Assembly: GCA_963662275.1 (NCBI GenBank)
Contig: OY759316.1
Location: forward strand, 2,400,001-2,464,000
Direction: 5' to 3'
Origin: Candidatus Cloacimonadales bacterium
GTDB lineage: Bacteria; Cloacimonadota; Cloacimonadia; Cloacimonadales; DAONDQ01
DNA length: 64,000 bases
Shown here piece after piece: positions 9,731 through 21,300 of the stretch. Every line of letters starts with the position of its first letter. Position 1 is the stretch's first letter. Both the position numbers and the translations under genes were made by a program. The notes under the pieces were generated by a model. It did not search any database, was not told the origin of the DNA, and saw only the letters and a list, made by a program, of their open reading frames with translations.

Positions 9731-10055
9731 CGTAGCGCTTACTTCAGGAGGTATTATTCGTAGCGCCTACTTCAGGAGGTATTATTCGTAGCGCCTACTT
9801 CAGGAGGTATTATTCGTAGCGCCTACTTCAGGAGGTATTATTCGTAGCGCCTACTTCAGGAGGTATTATTCGTAGCGCCTACTTCAGGAGGTATTATTCG
9901 TAGCGCCTACTTCAGGAGGTATTATTCGTAGCGCTTACTTCAGGAGGTATTATTCGTAGCGCCTACTTCAGGAGGTATTATTCGTAGCGCCTACTTCAGG
10001 AGGTATTGTTGTTTGTTAACGTACGATCGATATTACCTCCTAAAGTAAGCGCTAC
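9731..10055. repeat. Tandem array of ten 28-bp GTAG-type REP units plus one inverted copy
   Basis: CGTAGCGC(C/T)TACTTCAGGAGGTATTATT starts at 9731, 9759, 9787, 9815, 9843, 9871, 9899, 9927, 9955 and 9983; inverted copy at 10031-10055; no spacers. Confidence 0.95.
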
Positions 10056-10062
10056 ATCGTCG

Positions 10063-10725
10063 TTACGATAAACTCTGCAGTAAATACGTAAACTCTTCCA
10101 CTACCCAAGTCCACGTCCACATTTTGGGTTGATCAGCCAGTCCCGCTTTAACAGGATTCATAACGATATACTGAACAATCCTATTCAACTCATCTTCATT
10201 TCTTACATAGTGGTCATAGTATTCTCTTTGCCACAATTTCCCTGCTCTATTCAGCTCTAAATTAATAAATCTGGAGCTTCGCCCTTTGATTAAATTCATA
10301 ATCGTAGCAATTGAATTATACTCTCCTGCATCATTAGCAAGTGGTACGAAAAGGAAATGAACGTGATTAGGCAAGATTGTGAAAGCTAATAGATCATATA
10401 ATTGCTTATCATGGTAATGCAATTCATCAGCAACCAGTTGAGAACATTTAGGAAGTTGAAGTACGTTATCCGGATGCTGCAATCTGTCATAGTAGTTATC
10501 ATGAATGGCAAATAGCTTTTTTTTGATTATCATCTCGTTCTCAGCATTTTTAGGCATATTTTTGTATGAATGATACAACTCAGCTTCTTTAAGCTTAATA
10601 TGGTCGAAATACTCTTTAGGCATTGATAAATTAAGTCTGAAGGTAATAAATATTGGCTTGTCTGTTGGTTGTAAATGCGGAAGTCTTCTTCGATGAAAGT
10701 GCTGATATTGATTAGATGGCTGCAT
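10063..10725 (-). mobile_element. REP-associated tyrosine transposase (RAYT, Y1 HUH nuclease)
   Basis: RRRLPH, IFITFRL, ILPNHVHFL (HUH), LWQREYYDHYVRN, YIVMNPVKAGL; REPs on both sides. Confidence 0.92.
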
Positions 10726-10786
10726 TATCCCTCCATATTCTAATATTTAAATCTATTTATTCTCCTGAATTTAGTCAAGCAGTATT

Positions 10787-10909
10787 GTAGCGCTTACTTT
10801 AGGAGGTTGTAGCGCTTACTTTAGGAGGTCTTATTCTCAATCGTACGGTAAAAAAACATAGCCTCCTAAAGTAAGCGCTACGAATATTACCTCCTAAAGT
10901 AGGCGCTAC
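10787..10909. repeat. REPIN upstream of RAYT: two direct and two inverted REP copies
   Basis: GTAGCGCTTACTTTAGGAGGT at 10787 and 10809; reverse complements at about 10862-10881 and 10890-10909. Confidence 0.9.
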
Positions 10910-10933
10910 GGTCGGTGCTACGGTCAGCGCTGC

Positions 10934-10963
10934 AAAAAAAGGGCTACCCGACTGGGCAACCCT
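10934..10963 (-). terminator. Probable intrinsic terminator of 10988..12574
   Basis: Imperfect hairpin AAGGG(CTA)CCC-GACT-GGG(CAA)CCCTT followed by a T-run on the minus strand. Confidence 0.6.
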
Positions 10964-10987
10964 TGGTGTATAGTCTTAATTACGACG

Positions 10988-12574
10988 TTACTTCATCAGT
11001 ATAACTTTCTTAGTTGCCAGGTAATCTGCAGTTTGCAGTCGATAGAAATAAACACCGCTTGAAACATGCTTACCATTATTATCAGAGCCATCCCAAGTGC
11101 AGGTGTATGTTCCACCAACAGATTTACTGGTGTTTTCAAGAGTTCTGACTTTCTGTCCCTTCAAATTATAGACTTCAAGCTGCACATTTCCGGCAGACTT
11201 TAAATCATACGTAATCATGGTCGGTGTTTTAAATGGATTTGGGTACGCATTATACAGCATAGTTTCATGTACAACCATTGGTGGCGTACTTGGACTGTCT
11301 ATATTTACCAATACCGGTCCAAACATCTGGTTCGTACCATCTAAATCGACACTTTCCAACCAATAGTAGTATTGCGAATTGGTCTCTACTGTTTCATCCA
11401 TATACGAATATGCTTGCGTTTGGGAAGTATTCGTTGCTCCAATAGCAGAGAAATTGACCATCTGTGCCAAACTGGCAATATTGCTCCCTCCACGATAGAT
11501 ATTGAACCCAAGAACATTCGTTTCAGATTGTGTTATCCATTTGATATTGCATAGGTTGTTGTCCGTTTGAAAAGCTGTGAAAGAGGAGAGTTCAACGGGA
11601 CATTCAAGACCATGAATAGCAGGACTGTTTATTATTATCGTACCCCCAGGATCTGGAGGACCTGGTACATAAATGACTGTTTGAGGAATTGATGATGATG
11701 TAAATATGACATTATACAAATCTTCCCAAAAAGCTCTCCATTGCTCCCAGCCCGGATCATTATAATGTTCATAAATATATTGAGAGAGCTCATATTCTTC
11801 GTAAATAACTAATGCAAAATCGGCATAAGGGTTTGCAATCACCATTACCTGCAAATGCATAAATACACAAACACCTATTTTCTCGCCACTACCCTTGAGT
11901 GGAGGTTCATAATTTGTGTAATTACCTATGTCAAAGAACAAGTTATTTTCGCTGAACTTTAAAACAGTTCTATCAAAAGCAATAGCAGTGATACCATTAA
12001 TCAAGTTAGGAGGGCAACATGATTCATTTTCGTTTGATGATTCTAGTTGCCAGTCACTGCCAAAATAATTGACAGCAAAAATAATGGATATAGAATTACC
12101 AGTAATCTGATAAACAATGATTTGATCTCCATTTTGGTTCAAGTCAAAAATTCCAGGATTATCTCCATAATTATCAACTTCGGACCAGGCATGCTTAAAC
12201 AATGTGTCATTTGCACAATATCCTTCAGGAAAATTTAACATTATTGGATGATATTTGAGAATTGAACCCGAAGGAATACTTTCTGGAATAATGATTTTCA
12301 CAGTTCCCTCATGACTAGTTTTATCATTAAATGTCCCATCGCTTTTAATGCCTCGATCGGTAAAATAAATTTCTGTCCCTTGAGATAATGGTGCAACATT
12401 CATGAAGGCAAATACTAATACATCATTTGGAGTATGATTCATATTAACTATTACAATATCCATCGGCTGTAAAACAGTCTGAGCGTGCAACGCAATAAAC
12501 GACGCGAAAAAAAGTAGGATTAAAGATAGAAGTAATACGTGATTAAATGAGTGGATGAGTAGCTTTTTCTTCAT
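10988..12574 (-). CDS. Secreted protein with PVELSSF module and FlgD-Ig/T9SS-A-like C-terminal domain
   Basis: Signal peptide; CPVELSSF...YYYWLESVD; YPNPF...YNLKGQKV...WDGSD...SGVYFYRL...KKVILMK. Confidence 0.88.
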   Translation of the reverse strand: MKKKLLIHSFNHVLLLSLILLFFASFIALHAQTVLQPMDIVIVNMNHTPNDVLVFAFMNVAPLSQGTEIYFTDRGIKSDGTFNDKTSHEGTVKIIIPESIPSGSILKYHPIMLNFPEGYCANDTLFKHAWSEVDNYGDNPGIFDLNQNGDQIIVYQITGNSISIIFAVNYFGSDWQLESSNENESCCPPNLINGITAIAFDRTVLKFSENNLFFDIGNYTNYEPPLKGSGEKIGVCVFMHLQVMVIANPYADFALVIYEEYELSQYIYEHYNDPGWEQWRAFWEDLYNVIFTSSSIPQTVIYVPGPPDPGGTIIINSPAIHGLECPVELSSFTAFQTDNNLCNIKWITQSETNVLGFNIYRGGSNIASLAQMVNFSAIGATNTSQTQAYSYMDETVETNSQYYYWLESVDLDGTNQMFGPVLVNIDSPSTPPMVVHETMLYNAYPNPFKTPTMITYDLKSAGNVQLEVYNLKGQKVRTLENTSKSVGGTYTCTWDGSDNNGKHVSSGVYFYRLQTADYLATKKVILMK

Positions 12575-13078
12575 TTTTCCTCCCTATTTATTTTTAACAT
12601 TCTATACGCAGACACAATACAATAAATAGTTTCTTATATTGTTAAGGTTTTATTATCTAGGCAACTTTCAGGTATTGATGCAGATATTGGTAACATTCAT
12701 TGTGGATGTAAGATGTAAGACGGAAGATGGAAAATGGAAGATTTGCAGAGAAGACAACAGAGGCATAGTACTGAACCTTTATTTTTGAAAAGTTGTCTTT
12801 AGACGGTTCTATGTAATCTTTAAAGGACGTATGCAGCAATGGATGTTAGGGGCTAGTTGTTACAACATTGGAATGTATCTTATCCCACAGCTCACGCAGT
12901 GGGCTATCATCTTTCATAGTATGTGTTCAAATCCATCTTTCATTCTGCCAGTTCTGTCACTTTTAGTTTTTAGTTACTAGTTTTTAGTTTCTGCGGTCTT
13001 CCATTTCCCCCCCATTCGTAATTCGTAATTGATTTCTCCCCACTACCAATTTTTAATTTTTAATTTTTAATTCTTAAT

Positions 13079-13528
13079 TTAAATGACCTCCTTCCATCTC
13101 TCGTATCCCTCCACCTTCGGCAGCAGACCGGCATCGATAGCAGCTTTCAGTGAAATGCAAGGGAGATTCTGTTCAAAGATCTGTTCCCTGGTGATCGTGG
13201 AAAGGTCAACTGTATCCGGCATGGCAGTCTGCATTGCCCACATCAGCTTATTATAGACGTGGCACCAGGTGAAGATAGGGAATCCGGCATTTTGCGGGAG
13301 GTTATTGTAAGATAGACAATAGTCTTTCAGATCGTACTTATAGAATTGACTGGGTTCAATGGCGTATATCTGCTTCTGCGCAGATTTGAACGGTTTCTGA
13401 CCGGGATGGTTCTTGAATGTGAATGATGTCCTGGCTCGTGGCTTACCTGTGAATTTGTCTATATAGTAAATCAAGCCATCAAGTTTACCCGTAAATCCGT
13501 GGATCATGTGTTTGAAGTATGGTTTCAT
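13079..13528 (-). CDS. Hypothetical protein (149 aa)
   Basis: ATG at 13528 with SD AGGAGA; MKPYFKHMIHGFTGKLDGLIYY...; the track's longer N-terminus runs through repeat DNA. Confidence 0.75.
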   Translation of the reverse strand: MKPYFKHMIHGFTGKLDGLIYYIDKFTGKPRARTSFTFKNHPGQKPFKSAQKQIYAIEPSQFYKYDLKDYCLSYNNLPQNAGFPIFTWCHVYNKLMWAMQTAMPDTVDLSTITREQIFEQNLPCISLKAAIDAGLLPKVEGYERWKEVI

Positions 13529-13583
13529 TTTATCTCCTATTTTTCTTTTCCCTCCCATTTGCAAAGGGAGGGTGGCTTTAGCC

Positions 13584-14203
13584 GGGAGAGCTAGTTCTGT
13601 TCTGTTCTTGTTCTGCTCTTGTTCTGTTCTTGTTCTGCTCTGAGCTAGCACCTAACACCTAGAACCTAGAGCCTTCTGCAAAAACACCTCTCATATATAT
13701 ATAGGAGGGAGCATTTTGCCTAAATCGAGGGAGCATTTGAAAAAAGTTCGATTTTTTTTGTTTTATCTTCTATTTATTTCAATTCTTCTTTCTTCATTTT
13801 TAATTCTTTTGAACTACTGTTCCACTGCTATACGATTACGGTACAAATACGGTTTTTTACCGTAATGCTACCGTATTGCTACCGTATTGCTACCGTAATG
13901 CTCTTATGGTGAAAAATGCCATTTGGCTGGAAGCATATTCGCAAGCTTCTAATTCGATTTGGAAGACTTCGCTATAGAAGGTAACCGCACGGTTCATATC
14001 GCTGACTGGGATTTCAATAAAACTGAAACGAAGAGTCTGCATAATACTTCCTTGTAAGTTAATAGAAACCTATTGTCATTGGACGTTGAGACTCCTTTGA
14101 CAATATGCAAGAACAATATGCAAACTGTCAGGATTGTCAAGAAGAAGGTTGTAGGTGGTAGGTTTTAGGTACTAGCCAGAGAAGAGACAGAACTAGCTCT
14201 CCC
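13584..14203. repeat. Long inverted-repeat pair around about 460 bp of non-coding DNA
   Basis: GGGAGAGCTAGTTCTGT (13584-13600) is the exact reverse complement of 14187-14203; similarity extends inward through heptamer blocks at 13638-13679 and 14141-14181. Confidence 0.75.
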
Positions 14204-14387
14204 CTGCCTCTCTTTTTGATATCTGTTGCACAATAGCATATTCCAAAACGAAATTTCTATTAGTAAAAATTACTTGACTAAATCAATCTAATTCCATTAG
14301 TCAATGAATTGTGGAAATGATTTCATGCTAATTCCTGTTATTATTAATAACGTAATTGTGTTTTGCATCATCAAGGAGTATGATATA

Positions 14388-15281
14388 ATGCGTATATTTC
14401 TTTTTATCTTATGTGTCATCCCATTATTTTTATATTCTCAAACTCCGGTAGGACGCTGGGACTTTGATAATCCTGACAATTTATTACAGGCTACAATCGG
14501 GAATAATTTGTCATTAGTGGGCTCTCATGTTCCTATAACGGGACCTTCTTTATCGAATGGGGCAGCAAGTATTGGCATTGGGAGCTATTATAAGTGCAAT
14601 CATGGTATGGCTGCCAATGGCGGAGGATCAAAAGTTAATGAATATACTGTCGTCATTGATTTTAAAATACCCCAGGATAATTTATGGCATAGTCTTATGC
14701 AAACAAATTACCAAAATACGGATGATGGAGATATCTGGATTGCGACGGATCGGTCAATTGGCGTGTTTGCCACCGGCTATTCATTCAATACAATCAATCC
14801 TAATACATGGTACAGATTAGTTATTGCAGTTGATTTGGGATCAACATTTAAGTATTATATAAATGGAAGTTTGTTCTACGAAGGATCAAATCAAATGGTG
14901 GATGGACGGTTTTCACTGTATCCGTCTGACCCTCTCAAACCGCTATTGTTCTTTGCTGATTATAATGGACAAGATAATACAGTGATGGTTTCCATGATAT
15001 CGATTTATAGCTCCTGCCTTACAGCATCCCAAGTCAGCGCTTTAGGTGGAGTAGGCAGCATTATCACCCTCAGTACACCTACAAATCTAACAGTCTCAAA
15101 AGCTGGCAACCAAGTTCATTTGCAATGGGATCAGGTAAGTGGAGCTACTCTCTATCATATATATGAGACTGATATACCTACAGCCGTGAATTGGGGTATG
15201 CCAGTTGTTAATACATACAACAAATATTATAACTTCAATGTACCTCTACAGAAGGCGTTTTATCGAGTAACAGCAGAATAA
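14388..15281 (+). CDS. Secreted LamG/concanavalin-like domain protein with a C-terminal FN3-like module
   Basis: SD AAGGAG then ATG at 14388; signal peptide; GRWDFD, NEYTVVIDFKIP, TWYRLVIAVD; LQWDQVSGATLYHIY...FYRVTAE. Confidence 0.8.
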   Translation: MRIFLFILCVIPLFLYSQTPVGRWDFDNPDNLLQATIGNNLSLVGSHVPITGPSLSNGAASIGIGSYYKCNHGMAANGGGSKVNEYTVVIDFKIPQDNLWHSLMQTNYQNTDDGDIWIATDRSIGVFATGYSFNTINPNTWYRLVIAVDLGSTFKYYINGSLFYEGSNQMVDGRFSLYPSDPLKPLLFFADYNGQDNTVMVSMISIYSSCLTASQVSALGGVGSIITLSTPTNLTVSKAGNQVHLQWDQVSGATLYHIYETDIPTAVNWGMPVVNTYNKYYNFNVPLQKAFYRVTAE

Positions 15282-15361
15282 CAATCTCTTTTTTTCTATT
15301 TTAGTTTATTAGTATCAATTTACTCTGCGAAGTTGTTCGAACCCGGTGATCTGTTTTCGTT

Positions 15362-17860
15362 TTATTTTAAAAGCAATACTTTTTGAGCAAACGTAGATCT
15401 ACCAGCAACCATCCTGATAAAATATACACCTGATGATACAGATTTTCCATTCTCATCCATACCGTCCCAACTTGTTCTGTAATTGCCCATATCGCTATGT
15501 TTTGATATCAAATTGCAGACATATTCACCTTTCAGGTTATAAACGCTAATCGTAACATCTGCTGACTTTGTTAAGAAATATTGTATCATCGTCATGCTTA
15601 CGAAAGGATTTGGGAATACATTCTTCAAGCCGGTGGTTACTGAAATAACTGGGGTTTCATGATCAGTAAAAGGATTTGTTACATAGATAGTGGAAGGTCC
15701 ATAAAAAGAAAATTCGCCATTGACATCGAGATTCTGTAGCCAATAGTACCATGATCCAGTACCCACTTCAAGATCAGTATACGAGTAGTTTTCTTGAGAA
15801 GATGTATTAGTTGCAGGTATAATCGTATTAATTCGTTCGGCAGTATTGAGGTCATTTCTCGTGTTTCGGTAGATATAATAACCTGCAACTCCTGTCTCGG
15901 ATTGAGTTGACCAATCAAGACGAACAAAATAGTCACTTGTTAGAACTGTAGTAAAAGAAGAAAGTTCAACCGGAAGGGTTTCATCGTTCCCCGAGATTGT
16001 AAATTCGCCATTACTATCCTTCGTTCCGAGTGTTTTTGTAAAAGCAGCAGTTCTTGGATTTGTCAGGTTCACTGTAATAGAATTAATGAATATCCAGTCA
16101 GAACCATTATAACTCCATAAATGGCAGCCTCTGCTAAGATCCATTCCATTATCAGCAGAAGAAGGCCAGCTCAAGGTAATCTGAATACTTCCCGAAGAAC
16201 TACCTCCGATATACCATCTTCTACTGATGGAATGTGTTCCATCGTTATAATCGGCAGGAGCAGGATATTCTGTAACAGAAAGAGCAGAAATGCTGTTCGC
16301 TCCGTCAAAGGCAATATCTTTTCCGCTTAGAGTTAAGGTTTTACTATTCAGATTGAGACTACCATTAGTAAAAATGAGATTATCAGTTGAAATACTAGTG
16401 GGTAATATAACAGTATTACCGACTCCGGGTTCCACTGTCAGGGTAGCAATTGAATTTGGTAACGAAATTGGTGAGATTGTTGTGACCTTCAGTACCGGAT
16501 TTGTTATCCCTGTTGCTACTCCCCTTCCATTATAGATCAGATTTGGTGTTCCTGTTAATGTTCCGGATACTGTCAAATTATAATTACCAAGAGTCATTGT
16601 GCCGGATGTTGCCGTGAATGTACCACCAATACTCAAAGCTCCCTCCAAAGTAACTCCATTTGCTCTATCTAGTTTGAAATTCGTTAACGCTAATGCAGGT
16701 AGGCTTATATTTGATCCAGTCCCCTGAACCCATAGACTTCCTGAAGTTCCGCTAAGTAACGTACCACTATTCTGAGTTAAACTGCAACCGTTCAATACTA
16801 ATGTTGTAGCCCCCAAACTCAGATCACCTCCATTGAGAACTAAAGAATTGTCCACATAAGTTGATGTATTCAGAGTTTTTGGACCGCCGTTTGAAACAAT
16901 AAGATTGGAGTAGTTTGAATTTCCAAATCTATATACAGATGTCGCACCAGCCTTGGCATACTCTACGGTAGAACCGGAATTAATATTATATGTGTTACCG
17001 GTAGAACTGGGTACTGAAGTACAGGAATCAAGGATTCTGAGTATACCTCCACTGTTGATCGTTAATATATGCGTGGCAGCACTCGAGGCAGAACAGTTTA
17101 TTTTCTTTGCCTCTACTACACCTCCGTTGTTAATAATAAGTGAGGTCGTATAATATCCATGAGGACATCGGTTATAAAGATAGAGGATATTGCCGACTTT
17201 TAGAGTTCCGTTTATCGTCAGTGAGCCTCCCACATATGAGGTATTGGGAGTTGCGCCATTGAGACAGACACATGAATATGGGTTTACCGAACAATCCAAT
17301 GTACATCCCGCATTGATAGTAACATCAAAATGTGTATATAATCCGTTGTTATAAAATGCAGTTTGACTGGTGAATGTGGATGTTCCATAAGTTAGTGTAA
17401 CGTTCATGGCTATCGTAACGACCGGATACAAATTCGTGTTTGTAATTTTCCGAATCATACATGCCTTGAAAGTACCTGTACCGCCAATAGTTATTGCTAC
17501 TCCTTCAAGATTGAAACTGATGGCATCATCTGTAGTACCGTTTCCAATAGTTCCATTACAGGTGATGCTACCCCATACGTTGACGAATTTCATATTAGTA
17601 GCATCTGGAACCAGGTTCGCATACAGCTTTCCTCCCGTATCGATAATCAGGTTTCTACAGTCTTGCGAAGGGTTGCTTGTAACGATAATATGACCATTTT
17701 GAATTGTAACATCATCACCGGTCCCAGGAGTACCATTAGGAGTCCAGATTGTTGGAGTCCCCCAATTACCCGAACCATTACTCAAATATGAAGCAGCAAA
17801 TAATGATCCAGTAGAAATAACCAATAGAATAATGAATATTGCACATATTGCTCTTCTCAT
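15362..17860 (-). CDS. Secreted beta-helical surface protein with LPVELSSF module and FlgD-Ig CTD
   Basis: Signal peptide; G/T/S/N-rich solenoid; LPVELSSF; FPNPF...WDGMD...SGVYFIRM. Confidence 0.88.
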   Translation of the reverse strand: MRRAICAIFIILLVISTGSLFAASYLSNGSGNWGTPTIWTPNGTPGTGDDVTIQNGHIIVTSNPSQDCRNLIIDTGGKLYANLVPDATNMKFVNVWGSITCNGTIGNGTTDDAISFNLEGVAITIGGTGTFKACMIRKITNTNLYPVVTIAMNVTLTYGTSTFTSQTAFYNNGLYTHFDVTINAGCTLDCSVNPYSCVCLNGATPNTSYVGGSLTINGTLKVGNILYLYNRCPHGYYTTSLIINNGGVVEAKKINCSASSAATHILTINSGGILRILDSCTSVPSSTGNTYNINSGSTVEYAKAGATSVYRFGNSNYSNLIVSNGGPKTLNTSTYVDNSLVLNGGDLSLGATTLVLNGCSLTQNSGTLLSGTSGSLWVQGTGSNISLPALALTNFKLDRANGVTLEGALSIGGTFTATSGTMTLGNYNLTVSGTLTGTPNLIYNGRGVATGITNPVLKVTTISPISLPNSIATLTVEPGVGNTVILPTSISTDNLIFTNGSLNLNSKTLTLSGKDIAFDGANSISALSVTEYPAPADYNDGTHSISRRWYIGGSSSGSIQITLSWPSSADNGMDLSRGCHLWSYNGSDWIFINSITVNLTNPRTAAFTKTLGTKDSNGEFTISGNDETLPVELSSFTTVLTSDYFVRLDWSTQSETGVAGYYIYRNTRNDLNTAERINTIIPATNTSSQENYSYTDLEVGTGSWYYWLQNLDVNGEFSFYGPSTIYVTNPFTDHETPVISVTTGLKNVFPNPFVSMTMIQYFLTKSADVTISVYNLKGEYVCNLISKHSDMGNYRTSWDGMDENGKSVSSGVYFIRMVAGRSTFAQKVLLLK

Positions 17861-18313
17861 TTCTCACCTCTCCATGTTTCATAGTCATTTGTCTAATTAA
17901 TTATTTTATTAAATATTCGAATATAACATATAGAGCAGAGACACAATAAATAGTCAAGAAAAAATACTTTAATCTTTTCATTAGACAAATAGAGATAGTT
18001 GTATATGTTTCTGACATTCTAAACATACTCCTTACGATTAACTCGAGAATTCATGAGGAGCAGAGACGCTTTCAGAATCGTATAAATTATACCTATATTC
18101 TATCTGCCATCTGCCAATAGTCTTGTTTCTATTGCTATAGGATTAAAAAGTAATGATTACCATCCTGAAATGTAAATAATAATAATAAAACTTGATTGGA
18201 ATTGATGTCTATTCTATTTTTGGATAATTGTTGTTTACTAATACTAAATAATACTTTAGGAAGATAAAAATGACATATAATGCATCTCAATTGCACGATA
18301 AGCTGTTAAGACT

Positions 18314-21300
18314 ATGTTAAACAACCTGAGTGCTTTACTCTCTCGTAAGGATATGTTTGAACCTTTAGGAAACAATGTGCCTGTAGAAGTTCTGAAAGAA
18401 GGAGAAAACAGGTTTGTCAGCGTTCTATTTGCTGATGTAAAGGGATTCACAGCCATGTCAGAGAAACTGGAAGCAGAAATTGTGCAGCATCTTCTTGACC
18501 AATTGATGTTGAGCTTTTCTGAACGTATAGAAAGATATGGCGGGTATGTAGATAAATATGAAGGTGATAAAATCATGGCACATTTCGGCTCACTTGCATA
18601 TTTAGAACAAAACTCGCGCAGAGCCGTTTATGCAGGATTAGAACTAATCGATGTGATCAATAAATTCAATCAGATAAAAACATCAATCCCGGAATTATCA
18701 AGCCTGGATGTGGATCTGGCAATCAGGGTGGGTATCAATAGCGGTATGGTAGCTACCGGGAAAGTTGGTATCAAAAGAGAAGGTGACTTCACTATATACG
18801 GCGATGCCGTGAATCTAGCATCTCGTATGGAAGAAAATGGAGTTCCTCTAAGAGTTATGGTTCCTGCTTCTGTAAAAGAGGAGTTAGATGGATACTTTAA
18901 TTTTACGTTTCATGGGGAAATAAGTGTCAAAGGTAAGAGTAAGCCAATTTCAACCTGGTTAGTTGATAGCATCAACCATGACCATATAGCCCGAAAACTA
19001 TCACAAAGTGCTATGATAGCCCGTGAAGTTGAGCTTGAGCAATTGAGAAGTATTTATCATCGCAATCAAGATGTTATTCAGACCAATTCGGATCATCAGC
19101 CCATAGATGTAATAGGTATATCTGCTGGTGCTGGAATGGGCAAAACAAGACTGATCAGGGAGTTTTGTCGCAACTTGCCTCAGAATCATATTTTAATCTC
19201 TGAAGTATCACCTGTATGCCAATCTCCTTATGCCTCCTTCTCTATTTTGCTGCATAGTATATTTGGTTTAGAATCAGATATACATGCTGATGAAGCCAAA
19301 TGCCTGATTACCCAAACAATGAATTCACTGATGGATTTAATTCCATTTGATCTAGTAGATGAGTACACTGACACAATACCTTACCTTACCTATCTTGCCG
19401 GATTTTATACTTCAGATTCTTTTTCTTCTGAAAACAGGGAAGAACTAGTATCCCATTTGAATATGAGTTTACTCCTGCTCTTCAAGGCGTTAGCCCTGCG
19501 AAGTGCTGAAGCCGGACAGGCATTAGTACTGATTTTTGATGATCTGCATTATTGTGATGAAGCATCTCTTGCTGCCATTGCATACCTGATGAAAAATATC
19601 CAGCGCTGGCAGATTGAAGAAGAAGATTCATCGGCAAGGATTATGTTCATCCTGGCTTGGCGTGATAACTATAAACTAGGGAACATGATCCCACCACAAG
19701 TCAGTTTGAATACCATAATGTTGAAGGAACTCAACCAAGACCAGATTAAGCAATTTATTGTGCAGGCATTTCCCGAGCACAGTGTTCCGGAACACATTCA
19801 AGATTCTATTATCCAAAACTCTATTGGGAATCCGCTATTCCTGGAGGAATGGATAGGGATGCTGCGTTCCCAGGTTGCATCCGGCGAGGAACTGGATTTC
19901 AATAACATGAATGTTCCAAACAATATCAAATCGCTCCTTCTCTCTCGTTTGAGCTGCTTCGATAAAAACAGCATACGCCTGGTGCAGGATGCTTCCATCA
20001 TTGGTATGGTTTTCCAAAAGTCAATTCTCAACCAGCTCGAAGTCATTTTAAATGCTTCTTCTGATCCGGGAGCAACACTTCAGCGTCTCCTCGACATCGA
20101 TTATATCGAATATGCTCAACAGGATAATGATGTGACCGAATATGCCTTTCGGCATCAAATGCTGCATCAGGCAGTGTATGATTCAATACTGACCACCAAT
20201 AAGCGGATTCTGCACAGAATGATCGCAGAAATCATCGAAAATACCTATACTGATGTCATTTCGCAATGGTATTTTTTACTTGCAGATCACTATATGATAG
20301 CAAAAAATAGGGAAAAGAGTATCCATTATCTGAATAAAAGTGAAAAACTTGCCTGCTCCCTTTTCATGAATAAAAAAGCGTTATACTTTTGTGATAAATT
20401 ACTTTCTCTCAGCGATCAGGAACATCATCAGGATATTCTTCTGAGGAAGGCTGCGCTATATCTAGATATGGGTAACTACCTGAAAGCTAATGATATAATC
20501 GATAATCTGGACTTGGAAATCATTTCCAACCTTCAAAATAGGGATGCATTCATTTTAGCAAAAACAAGGATTCTAATGGCTAGAGATGACTTGAATATTG
20601 CTCGTGAATATCTCGAAGAAAACATTCCTTTACTTACTTCCAAAACAGCCACAGATAAAGCAAAGATGTATCTCATCGATTTACATCGTCAGTTGGCTGA
20701 TGAACCTGATTTCATAACCACGTCTAATGACCTACTAGTTGAATTTAAAGACCTTCCTGAGATGATGGCAAGTATTGAAAATATCATTGGTCTCTATTAC
20801 CAGAATCATAGCAATTATCATCAGGCAATCGAGTATTATGACCGTGCCATTCAACATGCAGAATCGCATAAAATCATTCTTCGCCGTACATTTCACAATA
20901 AAGCGAATGCTCTTAATGCTCTGGGAAAGAAAACAGAAGCCATCGCTAATTTCCATTTGGATATGAATATTGCCCGATTTCTCGACGATGATAGCGGTTG
21001 CGCCCAGGTTACCCTCGATTTAGGAATGTTGTTCTTGGATATGGATGATTTAGATCAAGTTCTGAAAATGCTGAACGAGAGTAATGCCTTAGCCCACTTG
21101 ACAGGGAATACAAAACTCCAAGGCCAGATAAATTACAATTTCGCTGTCTATCATTATAAAAATGAAGATCTGGTTCAAGCTCGGTATTATCTCAAAAAAT
21201 GCCTCTCAATATGCAAAAAACTATCTGACATATCCAGTATATCGCGTGCTCATGATCTGCTGGGAGATATTCTCTATAAGGAGGGAAATCTTGCCATAGC

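Noticed and set aside
9731..10010. CRISPR array
   Set aside because: The 28-bp units are contiguous with no unique spacers, no cas genes are present, and the adjacent RAYT explains them as REPs.
13529..13651. N-terminal extension of the 13079 ORF (similarly 9649-9726, 14304-14387, 51342-51368)
   Set aside because: The extensions cross repeat or leader DNA; downstream ATGs have better SD sequences or give proper family or signal-peptide starts.
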